A stretch of DNA of 64,000 bases. Source: Alphaproteobacteria bacterium. Its GTDB lineage: Bacteria > Pseudomonadota > Alphaproteobacteria > UBA828. Position numbers and translations under genes: made by a program. Positions within the stretch are counted from its first letter, which is position 1, and each line of letters begins with the position of its first letter. The stretch spans positions 1,024,001 through 1,088,000 of the forward strand of contig OZ243972.1 in assembly GCA_965214705.1 (NCBI GenBank), written 5' to 3'. Under the pieces are notes generated by a model. That model ran no database searches, was not told where the DNA came from, and saw nothing but the letters and a program-made list of their open reading frames with translations. Below, piece by piece: positions 61,689-64,000 of this stretch.

Positions 61689-61794
61689 TCGCTCACGGCA
61701 GCCGGCCTGCGGCCGGCGCCTCCGCGTGGGCGCCGCAGGAGCGGCGGGCCGCGGTCGCGGCCTGTCGCGCGTCCGCCAAAGACGGACGCGCTCT
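61689..61794. repeat. 106-bp multi-hairpin intergenic repeat, copy C
   Basis: Fills almost the whole SDR/trpE gap; its right end overlaps the trpE stop codon. Confidence 0.9.
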
Positions 61795-63979
61795 ATTCTC
61801 CGGCCGGCGGGCCCCCGTTCCCGGTCAGTGCGGTCATCATGTTGTCGATCAGCCGCATGCCGATGTTGTCGTCGAGGGAGAGAATCGATTCCGGGTGGAA
61901 CTGCACGGCGGCGATGGGGCGTTCCCGGTGCTCCAGCGCCATGATGACGCCGTCGTCGGTCTCGGCGGTGACCTTGAGCAGATCGTCGGGAAGCGACACG
62001 CGCGCGGCGTAGAGCGAGTGGTAGCGGCCGACGCGGAAGCGCGCCGGCAGCCCCTGGAAGAGTGCGCTGGCCTTCGCCGTGACCTCCGACGGCTTGCCGT
62101 GGACCGGCTCGTCGAGCTGGCCGAGCCGGCCGCCGAAATACTCGGCCACGGCCTGAAGCCCGAGGCAAACGCCGAAGAGCGGCACGCCCTTCGCCAGCAC
62201 CAGCTCGATGGTCTCGGCCGTGCCGAAATCTTCGGGCCGGCCGGGGCCGGGCGAGAGCACGACCAGATCGGGCGCGCCGTCCCGCAGCACTTCGCGCGCG
62301 GGCTCGGGCCGGAGCGTCTCGACCTGGGCGCCGGTCTGCCGCAGGTAGTTGGCGAGTGTGTGGACGAAGGAATCCTCGTGATCAACCAGGAGCACGCGTC
62401 TGGCAGCCCCCTGCTGGGCTGAGGGCGCGCGCACCGGCGCGGGCGCCGCCTCCGCCCTCACGGCGGCGAAGAGCGCAGACGCCTTGAGCCGGCATTCCTC
62501 GTCTTCGGCGTCCGGGTCGCTGTCATAGAGCAGCGTGGCGCCGGCCCTGATCTCGGCGATGCCGTCCTTCATGCGGACGGTGCGGAGCGTGAGCCCGGTG
62601 TTCATCGCCCCGTCGAAGCCGATGCGGCCGATGGCACCGCCGTACCAGCGCCGCGCCGAGCGCTCGTTCGCCTCGATGAAGCGGATCGCCCAGTGCTTGG
62701 GCGCGCCGGTCACCGTCACCGCCCAGGTGTGGCTGAGGAAGGCGTCCAGCGCGTCGAACTCGGGGCGGAGGATGCCTTCGACGTGGTCGACCGTGTGGAT
62801 CAGGCGCGAGTAGAGCTCTACCTGGCGCCGGCCGATCACCCGCACCGAGCCCGGCTCGCAGATGCGCGACTTGTCGTTGCGGTCGACGTCGGTGCACATG
62901 GTGAGCTCGGCCTCGTCCTTGGCCGAGTTGAGGAGCTTCGCGATCTGAGCGGCGTCGCCGAGCGCATCCTTGCCGCGGGCGATGGTGCCGGAGATGGGGC
63001 AGGTCTCGACCCGGCGGCCCTCGACCCGCACGTACATCTCGGGCGAGGCGGCCACCAGGAACTCGCCGGCGCCCAGGTTCATCAGCGCGCAGTAGGGCGC
63101 GGGATTGAGGGTGCGCAGGCGGTCGAACACCGCGGACGGCGGGTCGGCGCAGGCCTCGCTGAACTGCTGGCTCAGCACCACCTCGAAGAGGTCGCCCCGG
63201 CGGAACGCATCCTTGGCGCGGTCCACCGCCGCCGGGTACTGGCCCGGCTCGTGGTCGTTGGCCGGCGGTTCGCTGCCGGGGGGCGCGGGCGCGTAGGCGT
63301 CCTCTCGCGGCGCGCGGGCCATGTCGCGCGTGTCCTCGCCGGGTGTGACGAAATCGTAGCGGTGCCGCACTGCCCGATCCGACATGTGATCGACCACCAG
63401 GATCTCGTCGGGCACGAAGAGCACCAGATCGCGCTGGTCCGCCGGGCGCTCTAGCTTGAGCGCCACCGGCTCGAACTGGTGGGCGAGGTCGTAGCCGAAG
63501 GCGCCGTAGAGGCCGAAATGCTGGTCCTCGTCGTTACCGAAGAGGTCGATGACCGCGCGTAGCAGGCTGAAGATCGAGGGCTGCCGGCTGCGCTGCTCCT
63601 CGGGCACGATTTCCACCGGCGGGTGAATGTGCCCGTGGAGGCGATCGCCGTCTGCTTCCAGCGCGGCGACGGCGGATAGCGGCTCGATGGCGGCGCGGAT
63701 GGGCTCCAGCAGCACCCGGCCCCTTGGCTCGAGCGCCGTCACCTCGAAGTCCCGCCCGCGGCAGCTGATGGCGAGCGGCGGGGCGGCGAAGCCCAGGTCC
63801 CAGCGCGTGTAACGGCCGGGGAACTCGAAGCAGGACGACATGAAGACGCCGGGATAGCGGTCCAGACGCTCGACCAGGTCAGCGGCCGCAGGGCCGACCG
63901 CCGTCTCGCGGTCGCTGCGGTGGATGGCGATGCCGCCGCGGGTGCGATAGCGGCGATCGAGGTTCCCGGCGTCGCTCAT
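61793..63979 (-). CDS. trpE: Anthranilate synthase, fused TrpE(G)
   Basis: PGRYTRWD, SPEMYVRV, CPISGT, DVDRNDKSR and TGAPK, plus a C-terminal GATase domain (DHEDSF, GVCLG, QFHPES). Confidence 0.95.
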   Translation of the reverse strand: MSDAGNLDRRYRTRGGIAIHRSDRETAVGPAAADLVERLDRYPGVFMSSCFEFPGRYTRWDLGFAAPPLAISCRGRDFEVTALEPRGRVLLEPIRAAIEPLSAVAALEADGDRLHGHIHPPVEIVPEEQRSRQPSIFSLLRAVIDLFGNDEDQHFGLYGAFGYDLAHQFEPVALKLERPADQRDLVLFVPDEILVVDHMSDRAVRHRYDFVTPGEDTRDMARAPREDAYAPAPPGSEPPANDHEPGQYPAAVDRAKDAFRRGDLFEVVLSQQFSEACADPPSAVFDRLRTLNPAPYCALMNLGAGEFLVAASPEMYVRVEGRRVETCPISGTIARGKDALGDAAQIAKLLNSAKDEAELTMCTDVDRNDKSRICEPGSVRVIGRRQVELYSRLIHTVDHVEGILRPEFDALDAFLSHTWAVTVTGAPKHWAIRFIEANERSARRWYGGAIGRIGFDGAMNTGLTLRTVRMKDGIAEIRAGATLLYDSDPDAEDEECRLKASALFAAVRAEAAPAPVRAPSAQQGAARRVLLVDHEDSFVHTLANYLRQTGAQVETLRPEPAREVLRDGAPDLVVLSPGPGRPEDFGTAETIELVLAKGVPLFGVCLGLQAVAEYFGGRLGQLDEPVHGKPSEVTAKASALFQGLPARFRVGRYHSLYAARVSLPDDLLKVTAETDDGVIMALEHRERPIAAVQFHPESILSLDDNIGMRLIDNMMTALTGNGGPPAGE

Positions 63980-64000
63980 GGCGCCCTTATGCCGCTTGCG

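Noticed and set aside
51676-61794. CRISPR interpretation of the repeats
   Set aside because: The copies are 106 bp, dispersed kilobases apart, with no spacers or cas genes.

Overview
A very GC-rich alphaproteobacterial chromosome segment, probably Rhodospirillales-like (inferred from gene order). It is mostly core genes: clpB, purH, the mlaE-mlaF-radA-cvpA-purF cluster, tRNA-Thr(GGT), a merged hpf-ptsN-hprK-rapZ-EIIA-HPr-EI block followed by ahcY-tsaE-amgK-murU-addB-addA, amiC-PBP1A-prfB (with the +1 frameshift), aroQ-accB-accC-aat, fused thiS-thiG and fused trpE(G). Small catabolic and transport genes are interspersed. The most notable observations are: (1) a vapBC-like toxin-antitoxin pair whose antitoxin joins an unusual N-terminal domain (KY..L...F.EIE...LP.SA...WW.N, DUF7662-like by recall) to a VapB-type tail, with three tandem 9-bp repeats over its promoter; (2) three copies of a 106-bp multi-hairpin repeat, each between convergent genes; (3) a 149-bp IS5-type MITE with a TTAG duplication that supplies both flanking stop codons; (4) a 1001-aa M23 peptidase with five tandem LysM/OapA-like modules; (5) a candidate anti-Shine-Dalgarno sRNA between a DUF1127 gene and the tRNA; and (6) apparent domain losses in dctP, a capD-like gene and hpf. 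Family assignments come from motif recognition by eye; no database searches were run.
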